A stretch of 64,000 bases of DNA from a virus (Duplodnaviria > Heunggongvirae > Uroviricota > Caudoviricetes): IMG/VR virus record IMGVR_UViG_3300037400_006466, positions 32,001-96,000 of that record, one strand, 5' to 3'. The number at the start of each line of letters is the position of its first letter. Positions within the stretch are counted from its first letter, which is position 1. Below the pieces are notes generated by a model. The model was not told the origin of the DNA. It ran no database searches and saw only the letters and a list, made by a program, of their open reading frames with translations. The translations under genes and the position numbers were made by a program. This document shows, in pieces, positions 1 through 10,059 of this stretch.

Positions 1-1079
1 CCTATGAATGAACCATCTGAAGCCCTTGCTTTGGTGTCCAATGAACCCTCCATGTAAATGGAATTGGTGGAATCATGGAAAGCACCCTCTTCAAACACTC
101 TCATCTTGAGTATGTTCCAGTTCTTGGCCTCTGAACCATCATATCCTGTTATAGGGTCAAAGCTACTGAAGCTTATGCTGAGTTTTCTGTCACTTGGGAA
201 CTTGGGGAATATGACAGCATAAACATCATTTTTATTAAGAGTATCAACCCAATATGACTTTATAGATTTTCTTACCTCAGGAACACTCACATTTCTCAGT
301 ATGTTTGCATCTCCATAGATGTATATCCATAAGTCATCATTTGCTCCAAACTGACTTGATGTCTTCCATCCTCCAGTGGGATTCTGAGCTAAAAAGACTC
401 CTATTTGAGTATTATTATTTTTCTTTATAGAGTATCCTTCTTTATCTACAGTATAATCAGCGACTACATCTCCATTCTCTATCCTTAATTTATTAGGGAT
501 ACTTGAAGCATTTGATTTCTTGATGCCTGTATATATGAGAAGACCTCCCAGTTCAGATCCTCCAGTTATAGCTGTAATATCCTGATATCCAGGAATACGA
601 TAATCGAACTCTGATTTTCCAGGGAGACCATATCTTTCAGGATATCTTGTATCCCTTAGAAATTCCTGCGATGCGCTTCCCACATTACTAAGGAAAATGG
701 TATCAGCACCTTTTATATTATCTTCTTCTCCAAGGACATATTTCTCAATGGCCTCATTATAATCTATGAGACTTCCACCCTTGACAATACCATTAGGTGT
801 AAGATATGCCACAGGTATCTTGGTTCCCTTAGCATAAGGAGCAGAGACATAGAGGTCATATTCCCTATTGAAGGTTTCAGCTTCAAACAAATTAGGATAA
901 TCCTTGGATGACACACCGAAGATGTCCTTGAGGTCTGATGCCCCGTTTTTATAGATCTTCACAGGAGTACAGGGTCCTTTAGGGGCCTTGACTACAGTAA
1001 ATCCTGTTATTTCAGTTGTCTCCTGCACATAAGTTGTAGAATTATCTGTGATATTTATGACTACTCTTGAAGTATCCAT
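1..1079 (-). CDS. Tail sheath protein, N-terminal part (runs off the left edge)
   Basis: Not in the ORF track (no stop in window). ATG at 1079 with AGGAG RBS. Translates MDTSRVVINITDNSTT...GFTVVKAPKGPCTPVKI...DLKDIFG...EGSLDTKARASDGSFI, with the KGP/LxxxFG motifs typical of contractile sheath N-termini. Both ends were translated by hand; the middle was not checked codon by codon. Confidence 0.7.
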   Translation of the reverse strand, partial: MDTSRVVINITDNSTTYVQETTEITGFTVVKAPKGPCTPVKIYKNGASDLKDIFGVSSKDYPNLFEAETFNREYDLYVSAPYAKGTKIPVAYLTPNGIVKGGSLIDYNEAIEKYVLGEEDNIKGADTIFLSNVGSASQEFLRDTRYPERYGLPGKSEFDYRIPGYQDITAITGGSELGGLLIYTGIKKSNASSIPNKLRIENGDVVADYTVDKEGYSIKKNNNTQIGVFLAQNPTGGWKTSSQFGANDDLWIYIYGDANILRNVSVPEVRKSIKSYWVDTLNKNDVYAVIFPKFPSDRKLSISFSSFDPITGYDGSEAKNWNILKMRVFEEGAFHDSTNSIYMEGSLDTKARASDGSFI

Positions 1080-1141
1080 GTATGATGGTTCTCCTATTTT
1101 CAGTATCTAATATTAGTCAGTTTAATTAGTTATAAAATATA

Positions 1142-2560
1142 TTACCAGGTGATTCCCACAAGAGAATTGAGAGTGCCCTGTCTTTTCTGCTCATCTTCCC
1201 TTGACATAGGTGTCACAAAGTTCACTGTGAATCTCTTAGAATCCCCATTTTTAGATATGAACACCATATACCCATAATATTGGCTGTTGGATTTCAAACC
1301 CTCAAGAAGATATGAAGTGGATTCAGTGTCTATGATAGTAATATCCTTATGGTTATATAAATGAAGCTCTATTCTTTCAATATCCTCAGGTGAGAGGCCT
1401 TCCCCGTATGACCATGATATCTCATTGGAATAAGGGGTCACTTTGGTGATATAATCCAACTTAGTTATATCAAGCATTGAAGGTTCATAGGCACCATTCC
1501 ATCTTATTGAATGACAATCCAATTCATACTCGGGTGAAGTATATCTTCCATTCAATTCATCCCATATATACATTCTTGTCAAAGGTAAGTTATGCATTAC
1601 TTCACCTTTACTGTCCAATACGGGATTATCCATATCCATATGTGAATCTATATAAATTACACCTTTTTCACCTTCTTCTGGGAAAGCTTTTGTTCCTACA
1701 CAAGTCTGTGTATCTTCATCAAAACCAGCATCAAATGTCTGAACTTTAGTATCCTCATTGTTGGACAGATTGAGAATAACATCATCCACGATGTAATAGA
1801 AGCTGATGCCATCCTCATAAGTCCCACCATCAGAAAGAGTTCCATCTGGATTCACTGAAATATCATAATCAGGTTGCTCTGGAGGATATATGAGATATGT
1901 TCTCATTGCGACGGTGCATTTTATAACGAACACCCTTTGTCTTTTGAGCCAGTCTGTCTCCTTGAACTGAGGATTGAACTGAATGTCCTTTATTTCAAGA
2001 ACCATGGGAAGTCCCAGGACATTGGTGTTCTGAGAGAAAGTGCCATTATTGTTCAGTGTGTCACTTCTTCCATACGGGACATTCACCGAATCATTATGTT
2101 CATTGAATGAGTAGAAATAGAGTCTGTCATAGGCGAATCTTGCATCGTCTTCTCTATCAAACCAAATGGTGACTGGAACGTCCATTATGCCTGATGCAGC
2201 CCTTACTTTTGTGTTTCCCACATATATACCTTCATATACAAGAGGAGCAGGATTGGCTGCATATCTTGTATCAGCCTTCCACCCTGTATTCAAAGGCCAG
2301 TAATTGGCAAAAGGAAATCTCAGTGACTCAAAATCAAGAGTCTCAAAATCCTTGCTGGTGTCTGTCAACTCAAATCTTCTTCTGAAGCAATAGTCATCAG
2401 AGGCCAGAAAGACCCTTGAGGTGTCATTTCTGAAAAGATTGGAGGCAAACCATTTCTCAATGTATTTGTATATGTGATAATAGGAATTGATGTAGCTGTT
2501 ATGCACATAATACTGTGAAGCTTTCAATTCCCCTGAAGAGTATTTCTGAGGTGTTCCCAT
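1142..2560 (-). CDS. Putative virion structural protein (tail completion/terminator-like N-terminus, FN3-like beta-rich C-terminus)
   Basis: 472-aa ORF directly upstream of the sheath gene, with an ACTAATT late motif 5 nt before the ATG. C-terminal 'ISWS...SYLLEGLKSNSQYYG' resembles fibronectin type III. Confidence 0.4.
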   Translation of the reverse strand: MGTPQKYSSGELKASQYYVHNSYINSYYHIYKYIEKWFASNLFRNDTSRVFLASDDYCFRRRFELTDTSKDFETLDFESLRFPFANYWPLNTGWKADTRYAANPAPLVYEGIYVGNTKVRAASGIMDVPVTIWFDREDDARFAYDRLYFYSFNEHNDSVNVPYGRSDTLNNNGTFSQNTNVLGLPMVLEIKDIQFNPQFKETDWLKRQRVFVIKCTVAMRTYLIYPPEQPDYDISVNPDGTLSDGGTYEDGISFYYIVDDVILNLSNNEDTKVQTFDAGFDEDTQTCVGTKAFPEEGEKGVIYIDSHMDMDNPVLDSKGEVMHNLPLTRMYIWDELNGRYTSPEYELDCHSIRWNGAYEPSMLDITKLDYITKVTPYSNEISWSYGEGLSPEDIERIELHLYNHKDITIIDTESTSYLLEGLKSNSQYYGYMVFISKNGDSKRFTVNFVTPMSREDEQKRQGTLNSLVGITW

Positions 2561-2602
2561 AAGTTAATTAGTGGATTAGGGATACCCTCTAATGATGAAG
2601 GG

Positions 2603-3604
2603 TCACCTGTTCATCAGGTAACCCTTACATTCATCTATCACATCCTGACTGAGAGGAGGATTCTGAATCTTCGCGAACTCATCAAACATATCCATCATGT
2701 TAAGGTTCTTTATGGTCTCAAAGCCTGAGTCCCAGCTCACTCTCCTTCTTACAGTGGAATCCACAAGATTGGAAGTGACCTTCTTGATGAACACATTGCC
2801 ATATTTTGACCTTGCCACAGATTCAGAACCACAATTCAGGATTGTATAGATAGGTACCTGACACTTTGATTTGGGAAGTCTGTCAGGATAAGTCACGTTT
2901 ATGAACTCATTGAAAACAGGAAGAGGCTCTTCTCTCCATCCTTCATCATCAAGTATCTGAACAGCCCTTGATGAGTCATTCTCACCTTTCTTACAGGCAA
3001 AGACAGAACCTATGTATCTGTCGGGTCTTATGTACCTTGTATGAATATGCCCCAGAAGAATCCTTCCTGCATCAAGCTTGTCAAGGTTTCTGACCACATC
3101 GAGCTCTCCACCGAAAACGATGCTCTCATCATTGAAATGACCCAACACGAAATCATAGTGCTTCTGGAACCTCTGATTATTCCAAAGGCTTCCGTAATAC
3201 TCACCCATGGTCTGACCGAAATAGTTGACACCTTTGAAATACGGAAGAAGAAGGCCTTTTCTTCCGTCCACATCAATCTCAGAGACTTCCTCATAGATAT
3301 GGAAGGTAGGCTTGTTCTTGAGGAACTCATAGGCCAGCTGATTGGCGTCATTCACCTTTCTTATATCATGGTTTCCCACACAGATATACACCCCGTCAAA
3401 TCTGGAATACATGGCGAACTTCTCAAGATAATCTGCCACAGTCCCTGTGAGAAGGGCGTTCTCAACAAGGTCACCTGCAAGAACAAGTGAATTACCTGGT
3501 CTGTTCAGATCCCATGACTTGTACCATTCAAGGAAGTTCATGCAGATAATCTTGAAGTATTCCTTATCATCCCTAAGATGAATGTCTCCCATGAAAACAA
3601 CCAT
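2603..3604 (-). CDS. SbcD/Mre11/gp47-like metallophosphoesterase recombination nuclease
   Basis: Calcineurin-like motifs GDIH, AGDL, VGNHD, GH, LGHIH. Confidence 0.85.
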   Translation of the reverse strand: MVVFMGDIHLRDDKEYFKIICMNFLEWYKSWDLNRPGNSLVLAGDLVENALLTGTVADYLEKFAMYSRFDGVYICVGNHDIRKVNDANQLAYEFLKNKPTFHIYEEVSEIDVDGRKGLLLPYFKGVNYFGQTMGEYYGSLWNNQRFQKHYDFVLGHFNDESIVFGGELDVVRNLDKLDAGRILLGHIHTRYIRPDRYIGSVFACKKGENDSSRAVQILDDEGWREEPLPVFNEFINVTYPDRLPKSKCQVPIYTILNCGSESVARSKYGNVFIKKVTSNLVDSTVRRRVSWDSGFETIKNLNMMDMFDEFAKIQNPPLSQDVIDECKGYLMNR

Positions 3605-4620
3605 TAAGCCTTACTCCTCTTTATGTTTCCGAATACGAATTCCTTGGATGCATCCAACCCTATGGCACCTCTGACTGTATGATACAGAGTGCTGTCATCT
3701 CTTCCAGACGTCAATGACTGGTTTATGACATCCATACCGCAGGGTATGGGTGACACAAGCTGTATATTGGATATGAAGGCCTTCTCATTTTGGGATATGA
3801 CCTTCAGTATAGGATTGGTCTCCCTTAGGGTCTTGTCTCTGGATTCTAATATAAGCATCTCAAGGGAGCTCTGATTGTCAATCATTCCCAGAATCTCCAG
3901 GAAAGCCTTCAATGTGGAATCATTGAACGGAACAAGGGACTTTATGTTGTCAGAAGGGTCACCGAAAATGCTCTTGTACAGGATAACCCCTTTCTTGGTG
4001 GGATAATACCCTTTCCTATCCTCGAATCCTCTTATATTCTCTGGTCCCTGTGAAAAATCAGGTATCCAGTCAACGTTGGGAAGAAGATATCTGGCCCAGT
4101 CCTCATCAGTAGTCACCATGAGGGCTTTAATCTCACTTCCCTTGACTCCTAACTTTCTCATCAAGGGCTCCACCAAATCATCAGCTTCCAGTCCGTCTAC
4201 TCTGAGGGTATGATATCTTGAAGGTCCTATAAGGTAATAATACCTGAGAAAATTGATTGAATTGTAGAACTCCCTTGTGTTCTTCTTTCTTGTGGCCTTG
4301 TAGGATTCCTCAATCTTCCTCCTGTCAGCGAACATATAGGTTGTCCTAAGATCTGCCTTTGAGAAATAGTTGTCAAACAGGAAATATACCTGCCCCCCTC
4401 TCTTGAGATACTTGTCCTCCAGTTCAGTGACGGTATCTATGAACTTGCAGACTGAATCCCTATAGATGGACTTCTTGGAAAGCTGCAAGGGAGTCTCACC
4501 TTTCTGTTTGAAAGTCCTATAAGCGAGATTGACACTATCCACAATAATCAAATCATATTTTCTCTGTATATCTTCCATCTGACCCTCATCATATATCTTA
4601 TCACCCTGAGGTGCTGACAC
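3604..4620 (-). CDS. 5'-3' exonuclease / flap endonuclease (T4 RNase H-like)
   Basis: IVDSVNL, FD, YKATR, LEADD, TTDEDW, GDPSDNI motifs of the FEN/PIN family. True start uncertain, possibly the internal ATG (MEDIQRK). Confidence 0.85.
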   Translation of the reverse strand: MSAPQGDKIYDEGQMEDIQRKYDLIIVDSVNLAYRTFKQKGETPLQLSKKSIYRDSVCKFIDTVTELEDKYLKRGGQVYFLFDNYFSKADLRTTYMFADRRKIEESYKATRKKNTREFYNSINFLRYYYLIGPSRYHTLRVDGLEADDLVEPLMRKLGVKGSEIKALMVTTDEDWARYLLPNVDWIPDFSQGPENIRGFEDRKGYYPTKKGVILYKSIFGDPSDNIKSLVPFNDSTLKAFLEILGMIDNQSSLEMLILESRDKTLRETNPILKVISQNEKAFISNIQLVSPIPCGMDVINQSLTSGRDDSTLYHTVRGAIGLDASKEFVFGNIKRSKA

Positions 4621-4952
4621 TGTTTCATATGACGTAATCCGCCATCAAATCTAATATAAGCTCATTATTACTGAATCTGTGGTTTTCACCCTCTGTATAT
4701 AAATATATATAATATGATCTAAATACTATTATTATATACAACCATTATCGTGCACGAACCATTAAGATAAAAAAACTATTATGTATGGAGATCCTAAAAA
4801 TAGTAAATAGTTTTTCCTGATATACTACTATAGAGATATGGGTATTTTTCAGTTAACTCTTTTTGTAGTATGTACTTGTATAAGAATACATAAGAAAATC
4901 ACCCCGTCTGCCGCCGCCCTTTTGGAGAAAATATCTTCTCACTAATTTTTTC

Positions 4953-5303
4953 ATGTCAAAGAAATCAGAGAACCCTCAGAACCCCGCTGACATACTGGGA
5001 TTCTATTACATAGTGTTTCAGACCACCTTCACAGGTTACGTGAGATGCTGGATAGACGGGTCACCCAATTACAGATACTTCTCCACATCAGATTTCATAG
5101 GACTCTTTGAGAAGATAAACGCCCCCTTCAATGTCATATACAAGGTAAGGGATTGTCTTGATACATCATGTATCTTCTTGTGGGATATAGCTCATTCCAG
5201 CATAAAGCAGCTGAGACCGCAGCAGTCACAGGAATCACTTTCCTCTGAGATAAACAAAATGAATCCGTTTTATGTCAAGGAGAACCGTTTCACATCCAAG
5301 TAG
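4953..5303 (+). CDS. Hypothetical protein
   Basis: 116-aa ORF, ACTAATT motif 5 nt before ATG. Confidence 0.7.
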   Translation: MSKKSENPQNPADILGFYYIVFQTTFTGYVRCWIDGSPNYRYFSTSDFIGLFEKINAPFNVIYKVRDCLDTSCIFLWDIAHSSIKQLRPQQSQESLSSEINKMNPFYVKENRFTSK

Positions 5304-5329
5304 CTTTATATTAAAGTTGAGATGTTAAA

Positions 5330-6322
5330 ATGAACGGAAATGAGATTTCACGGCGTGAACTCACAAATGAGGTCGTGTCTTATTTAGGACTTATACCAAA
5401 AAGCAAAATATTCTCCAACACATCCAAGATGATGTTCCATTGTCCTTTCCATAAGGACAATCATCCCAGTCTTGGTATAGACCTCAATAAAGGTGTATAC
5501 AACTGTTTCTCATGCGGTAGGAAAGGCGGGGTGGAGAATCTTTTCTATGAGGCCACAGGAGAAAGTCTCTACAGTCATTTGGGTATAAAGACCAATAATG
5601 ACAACTTCTCACTTTTTTCCAGAAAACCTCAGGTTATCACTGACAGAACAGAACCTAATCTTTCCAAGAAAAGGGTATACCTCAACTATGACAGCACCTC
5701 CTTGATTCCTGCCCTTGAGAACAAGGATTGTGTTGAGTATCTGAGAAGGCGTGGTATATCCCTGGAGCTGGCCAAATCCGCAGGATTTCTTTATGCTGAG
5801 GATACATCAATAAACGGGACAAGATTCAGACATAGGATATGCATACCAGTATATGAGAACGGAACACTGCAGACCATAGAGGGAAGGAGACTGTCAGACG
5901 ATGATTCAGGTCCTAAGGTCCTATATCCCAAGAACACCACAGTAAACACACTCTACGATATAGATAACCTTGATAAAAGCTCCACATTATATGGTGTGGA
6001 GGGTCTTATGGACCTTTTTGTCCTTAGAGGATGCGATGTCTTCAATAACTCCACATCCATATTCGGAGCCAATGTGACTGACAGACAATTGAAATTGCTG
6101 AGTCAGTTTAAAAAATTTATATATATACCAGATAATGATTCAGCTGGGGAGAGTACAATTCAAAAACTTAAAAATTCAAAAAATCTAAATTTAGGTATTT
6201 TGAAATTGCCTAAAAAATTAGAAAATAAAGATATAAAAGATGTTGGTGATTTACCAAAAATAGGACTTAATGTAAATTTTTTAGTTGAAAGAAAATGGCT
6301 TAATTATGTTAAGGATTATTAA
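5330..6322 (+). CDS. dnaG: DNA primase (CHC2 zinc finger + TOPRIM)
   Basis: CPFHxD..PS...CFSCG zinc finger; VEGLMD and PDNDSAG TOPRIM motifs. Confidence 0.9.
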   Translation: MNGNEISRRELTNEVVSYLGLIPKSKIFSNTSKMMFHCPFHKDNHPSLGIDLNKGVYNCFSCGRKGGVENLFYEATGESLYSHLGIKTNNDNFSLFSRKPQVITDRTEPNLSKKRVYLNYDSTSLIPALENKDCVEYLRRRGISLELAKSAGFLYAEDTSINGTRFRHRICIPVYENGTLQTIEGRRLSDDDSGPKVLYPKNTTVNTLYDIDNLDKSSTLYGVEGLMDLFVLRGCDVFNNSTSIFGANVTDRQLKLLSQFKKFIYIPDNDSAGESTIQKLKNSKNLNLGILKLPKKLENKDIKDVGDLPKIGLNVNFLVERKWLNYVKDY

Positions 6323-6370
6323 AAGTGGTTTATATATATGATATAAATAAATTTTTTAACTAATTACTTT

Positions 6371-7285
6371 ATGAAAACATTAGAAGAATTAAAAAGTTTA
6401 GATTTGAATACTATAACATTTTCAGAATTCTTTAAAAATGAAATTATATATAATTCAAGAAAAGAAGCAACTTGTAAAGGGTATGAAGCAGAACATTTGA
6501 TAAGTGTATCACAACAAATGAAAGAATATAATTTGAAGAATAATACACATTATAAAAGTAGAGTAACTTTTGAAAGGGAGGTAGGAGTTCCTGATGATAG
6601 ATGTTATAGAGTAACTCCACTAGAACATATCATATCTCATTTCTTAAAGGCAAAAGAAGATGAAAATGAAATTTATATTTTTGAAATGATGACAAGACTT
6701 AATTTTAAGAAGTTAAAGGAATCTGAAAAGAATATATTAGATACTCTTATTAAAATATCTTATTTGAGAGAATTAGGAGTAAAAAAGATGTCTGAAACTT
6801 TAAAAGGAAAGTCTTGTAAAAATAAAGGTAAGACTATGAAAGAAATTACAGGCAATCCCAATTATGTTGATCCTAAAAAAGGTAGAACTATGAAGGAGAT
6901 TACAGGTAATGAAAATTGGGTAAGTCCAAGAACTGGAAGTAAACTTTCAGAAGAAACTATAAAGAAATTAAGAGAATCCCATTCAACAGAAGAATATAGA
7001 AAAAAATTTAGAGCATCTAAATGTGGAAAATCCTCTAGTTTGAAAGGTATTCCAAGAACAAAAGATGTAAAAGAAAAGATTTCAGAGTCTAAAAGAAAAC
7101 TTGTTAAAGTAACATACCCCAATGGGGATATTAAATTTTTTAAGGGATTAGATACTTTTGTAAAAGAAACTTTTTTAGAAAAAAATAAATCTGCTTATAA
7201 TAGTTTTTTAAAAAGAAAAAGTTATAAAGGTTTTAGTATAGAATATATTTTAGATAAAGAGTCAATATCCCAATTCAATGAATGA
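6371..7285 (+). CDS. Free-standing HNH-type homing endonuclease with NUMOD3-like repeats
   Basis: AT-rich. YEAEHLI...VTPLEHIISHFL nuclease-like N-terminus, duplicated KG(K/R)TMKEITGN, and SEETIKKL/KEKISES repeats. Paralogous to 18409-19341. Confidence 0.75.
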   Translation: MKTLEELKSLDLNTITFSEFFKNEIIYNSRKEATCKGYEAEHLISVSQQMKEYNLKNNTHYKSRVTFEREVGVPDDRCYRVTPLEHIISHFLKAKEDENEIYIFEMMTRLNFKKLKESEKNILDTLIKISYLRELGVKKMSETLKGKSCKNKGKTMKEITGNPNYVDPKKGRTMKEITGNENWVSPRTGSKLSEETIKKLRESHSTEEYRKKFRASKCGKSSSLKGIPRTKDVKEKISESKRKLVKVTYPNGDIKFFKGLDTFVKETFLEKNKSAYNSFLKRKSYKGFSIEYILDKESISQFNE

Positions 7286-7338
7286 AATAAAACTAATTAT
7301 AAAAATAAAAATTTTTAAAAAATGGAGAAAATGTTAAA

Positions 7339-7602
7339 ATGGATGGACAGAGTTTAATTAAGTTTTTTGAGGCTGAGTATAGTAACGAACTTGAGGCTGA
7401 TGAGATAAAGAAGGCAATCTCAGATGAACTGAAGTCATATGCAGAGAACAATGAGATAAATCCCAAGGCCATGAAGACCGCTTATTCATTGTTCAAGAAG
7501 TTCAGGTCGGGAAAGAACACAGCTGTTGAATGCGAGGATTATGCTGAGCTTAGCGGTATAATAGAAAACTATTTTGCATCTGACGAAAGTGAGGGTGTGT
7601 AA
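7339..7602 (+). CDS. Small dsDNA-binding protein (T4 DsbA/GapR-like)
   Basis: 87-aa helical protein, 'DEIKKAISDELKSYAENNEINPKAMKTAYSLFKK' pattern, GGAG RBS. Confidence 0.5.
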   Translation: MDGQSLIKFFEAEYSNELEADEIKKAISDELKSYAENNEINPKAMKTAYSLFKKFRSGKNTAVECEDYAELSGIIENYFASDESEGV

Positions 7603-7604
7603 GG

Positions 7605-8168
7605 ATGATTTTACAGAAAGTGGATTCTGAGGAATACAAGGAATCCTTCATAAATAAGTTCACCAATTTTGCTGACAAGGCCCCTATTGTGATATCCTTT
7701 GCAACAGATGACCTTGGAGTATCAGTAATCCATGAGAACTCAGGAAAGAAGTATTTCTATCCCTGGGATTTTGTCGTTCCCATCAAGTCATTCATTCATG
7801 ACATAAAGAGAGACCTCTCCTATAACCATTATCCTAGGATTTCAAGGATTGTGAGCAAGGAAAGAGTTCTCACTCCAGAGGAACAGGCTGACATGATAGC
7901 TCATGGAAAGTCAGTGGATGAGATTCCACAGACCATCATTGAGGACGTTGAGGAAGTCTATAGGATTGACAAGATACTTGTGATGAAGGATGAGTTCATC
8001 ATAGTCAATGAAGCCACATCTGAGCAGTACTGCTATAAGATGAACGGGTCAGCCTTCTCATACCTCAGAAGCTATAGGTCCGGGGAATACAAGACTCCCA
8101 AGGATGCAGGGGATGTCTTCTTCAAGAAGTGTGTTCTTGTAAATAAACTCAATAAGCTGGCTGAATGA
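7605..8168 (+). CDS. Hypothetical protein
   Basis: 187-aa ORF in operon, phage-typical codon usage. Confidence 0.7.
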   Translation: MILQKVDSEEYKESFINKFTNFADKAPIVISFATDDLGVSVIHENSGKKYFYPWDFVVPIKSFIHDIKRDLSYNHYPRISRIVSKERVLTPEEQADMIAHGKSVDEIPQTIIEDVEEVYRIDKILVMKDEFIIVNEATSEQYCYKMNGSAFSYLRSYRSGEYKTPKDAGDVFFKKCVLVNKLNKLAE

Positions 8169-8566
8169 GAAGGGATTCCAATGACGCTGATTGGCGTAAG
8201 GTGAAGGAGATTGTCTCCAAGAGGGATAAGGGAATGTGCAGGCTGTCAAAAGTCCTCACTATCCCTGAAACCCTTAAGTTAAGGAAAAATGCAGGTGGTT
8301 TTTTGAATAAGGTTGATGCAGCCCATTACAGACCTGTATCCGAAAGACCTGACCTCATATATGAGCCTAACAATCTTGTCTGTCTGAACAGATACAGTCA
8401 TTCAAATCTTGATGATTTTAAAGACCCATTGGATGGTCATTGTATCTCAGCTGATGAGGTTGAGAGGTGGTGGAGAAGGATATTGAAGTCCGATAGGAGT
8501 CAATATTCCTTTTTGGAAGAGAACGGGCTGTTAAAGGAGATTGATGATGCAGTATCAGACAACTAA
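8165..8566 (+). CDS. Small HNH endonuclease
   Basis: W..V...V..RD...C...DAAHY...NLVCLNRYSH pattern; ATGA overlap with upstream gene. Confidence 0.7.
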   Translation: MRRDSNDADWRKVKEIVSKRDKGMCRLSKVLTIPETLKLRKNAGGFLNKVDAAHYRPVSERPDLIYEPNNLVCLNRYSHSNLDDFKDPLDGHCISADEVERWWRRILKSDRSQYSFLEENGLLKEIDDAVSDN

Positions 8567-8720
8567 ACTTGAAGAAAATGATGAGAGAAAAGTTTATCTT
8601 GACAATGAGCAGATTCCTGTGAGTCAGTTCAACAATAAGCTTGAATCATTGAAGAAGAATCAGAGAGTTGTGGAATCTAGCGATAACAATTTTCACATTG
8701 TTGAAAGAATGTTTTCCTAA
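8544..8720 (+). CDS. Small hypothetical protein (58 aa)
   Basis: Below the ORF-track cutoff. AAGGAG RBS, MMQYQTTKLEENDERKVYLDNEQIPV...ERMFS*, followed by a terminator. Confidence 0.6.
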   Translation: MMQYQTTKLEENDERKVYLDNEQIPVSQFNNKLESLKKNQRVVESSDNNFHIVERMFS

Positions 8721-8744
8721 TTTTAATTCTAAATTAAATAATTG

Positions 8745-8774
8745 ACCCACCTTTTCAGGTGGGTTTTATTTTTC
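8745..8774. terminator. Rho-independent terminator between convergent genes
   Basis: ACCCACCT-TTTC-AGGTGGGT hairpin followed by a T-tract. Confidence 0.8.
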
Positions 8775-8775
8775 T

Positions 8776-9270
8776 TTATTTTGTCGCCCTTGCTATCTGT
8801 CCGATGTCATAGATGGAATCCAAATCCTGCAGAATGTCAATGTCAAGGTCATAAATCTGGTTCTCCTCAATCATAAGCTCAGTGAGGATTCCGAACACCT
8901 TTTTGAGTGACTGAAGAGCATGATTGCCTAAAGCCTCCACTCTCTTATGGTTCTCCTCTATGGTTGTGGCCAGATCCTTCATGTTCTGGGTCTTCTGATT
9001 GAGCTCCTCAGGGTCTATGGTATCAGATATTGTCCTTATTCCAGGGAACAGGTCAGTAGGGGTTGTGACTGCATCTGAGTAGTTGAAGTCCTTGAGATAG
9101 TCAAGATATTTGGAGAAGCTTCCATCCCTTGTCTCCAGGGTCTTGACAAGATTTGATATGTCTTTTGATACTGAGGCCATAGTTGTGTTTATCTCCTGTC
9201 TCAGAGGCTGAGCCTGTGACAGGAGAGCATCAACTGAACCTTTTCTTGAATTAAACTCTTTCTCTTCCAT
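8776..9270 (-). CDS. Hypothetical coiled-coil protein
   Basis: 164-aa ORF, ACTAATT 5 nt before ATG. Confidence 0.7.
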   Translation of the reverse strand: MEEKEFNSRKGSVDALLSQAQPLRQEINTTMASVSKDISNLVKTLETRDGSFSKYLDYLKDFNYSDAVTTPTDLFPGIRTISDTIDPEELNQKTQNMKDLATTIEENHKRVEALGNHALQSLKKVFGILTELMIEENQIYDLDIDILQDLDSIYDIGQIARATK

Positions 9271-9319
9271 AGTTGAATTAGTATCTTATATTCAATGATA
9301 ATCTTTAATTATCAAATTC

Positions 9320-10033
9320 TTAATCATAAGAATAATGAAGGTTATTATAATCCATTGCCTTTTTCATATCAGATTTCATTCTTTTTGTAAGAGTATATAC
9401 TTTTGTGACAGGGATTCCCATAATCTGTGATATCTCAGCCTTGTTCTTTCCTTTTTCGAGATATCTGTATATCTCTTTCTCAGTATCACCCCAGATTCTG
9501 AAACACTCATTGACGGCATTATTACAGTTATCCTCACCTTCTTTAATCTCATATGTATAGATGGGGTCTGTTTTATATCCGAATTCCTCATTATAGGACA
9601 TTTCCACATCAGAGTCAAATGTGGTTGAATCCTCATCCTCTTTAAGGTTAGCTGATACAAGACTTCTGCTTTTGCTTATCTTGTTTATTATCTTCTTCCT
9701 CATCTTTGTTCTGACGTTGGTGATATACCAGCTTGCAAGCTGAAGAAGCTTGAACTTTTCATCCTTGACTTTATTGAGGTCAACCTTTGTGATGGCCTTG
9801 AACAGTGCCTCATATGCCTCATCATAATAGTCCTCTTTGATGCTGTTCACATATCCTGTCTTGTTTAGCTCCTGCTGAAGCTTCCACCAATGGTAATGTA
9901 TCATCTTCTCATATTTCTTGATGAGTACCTCACAGGCTCTATTGTAGTTTATCTCAGAGGATTTAGGGTCTTTGATTATCCTTATAATCTCGATTTCAGG
10001 AAGTTCCTTTATTTCATCTAAAGTAAGAGTCAT
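9320..10033 (-). CDS. Phage RNA polymerase sigma factor (sigma70/ECF-like)
   Basis: Region 2-like 'LIKKYEKMIH...DYYDEAYEALFKAITKVD...F...ASWYI' and region 4 HTH 'EKEIYRYLEKGKNKAEISQIMGIPVTKVY'. Confidence 0.8.
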   Translation of the reverse strand: MTLTLDEIKELPEIEIIRIIKDPKSSEINYNRACEVLIKKYEKMIHYHWWKLQQELNKTGYVNSIKEDYYDEAYEALFKAITKVDLNKVKDEKFKLLQLASWYITNVRTKMRKKIINKISKSRSLVSANLKEDEDSTTFDSDVEMSYNEEFGYKTDPIYTYEIKEGEDNCNNAVNECFRIWGDTEKEIYRYLEKGKNKAEISQIMGIPVTKVYTLTKRMKSDMKKAMDYNNLHYSYD

Positions 10034-10059
10034 TTATTCACTTTTCTCCTTATTTATAT

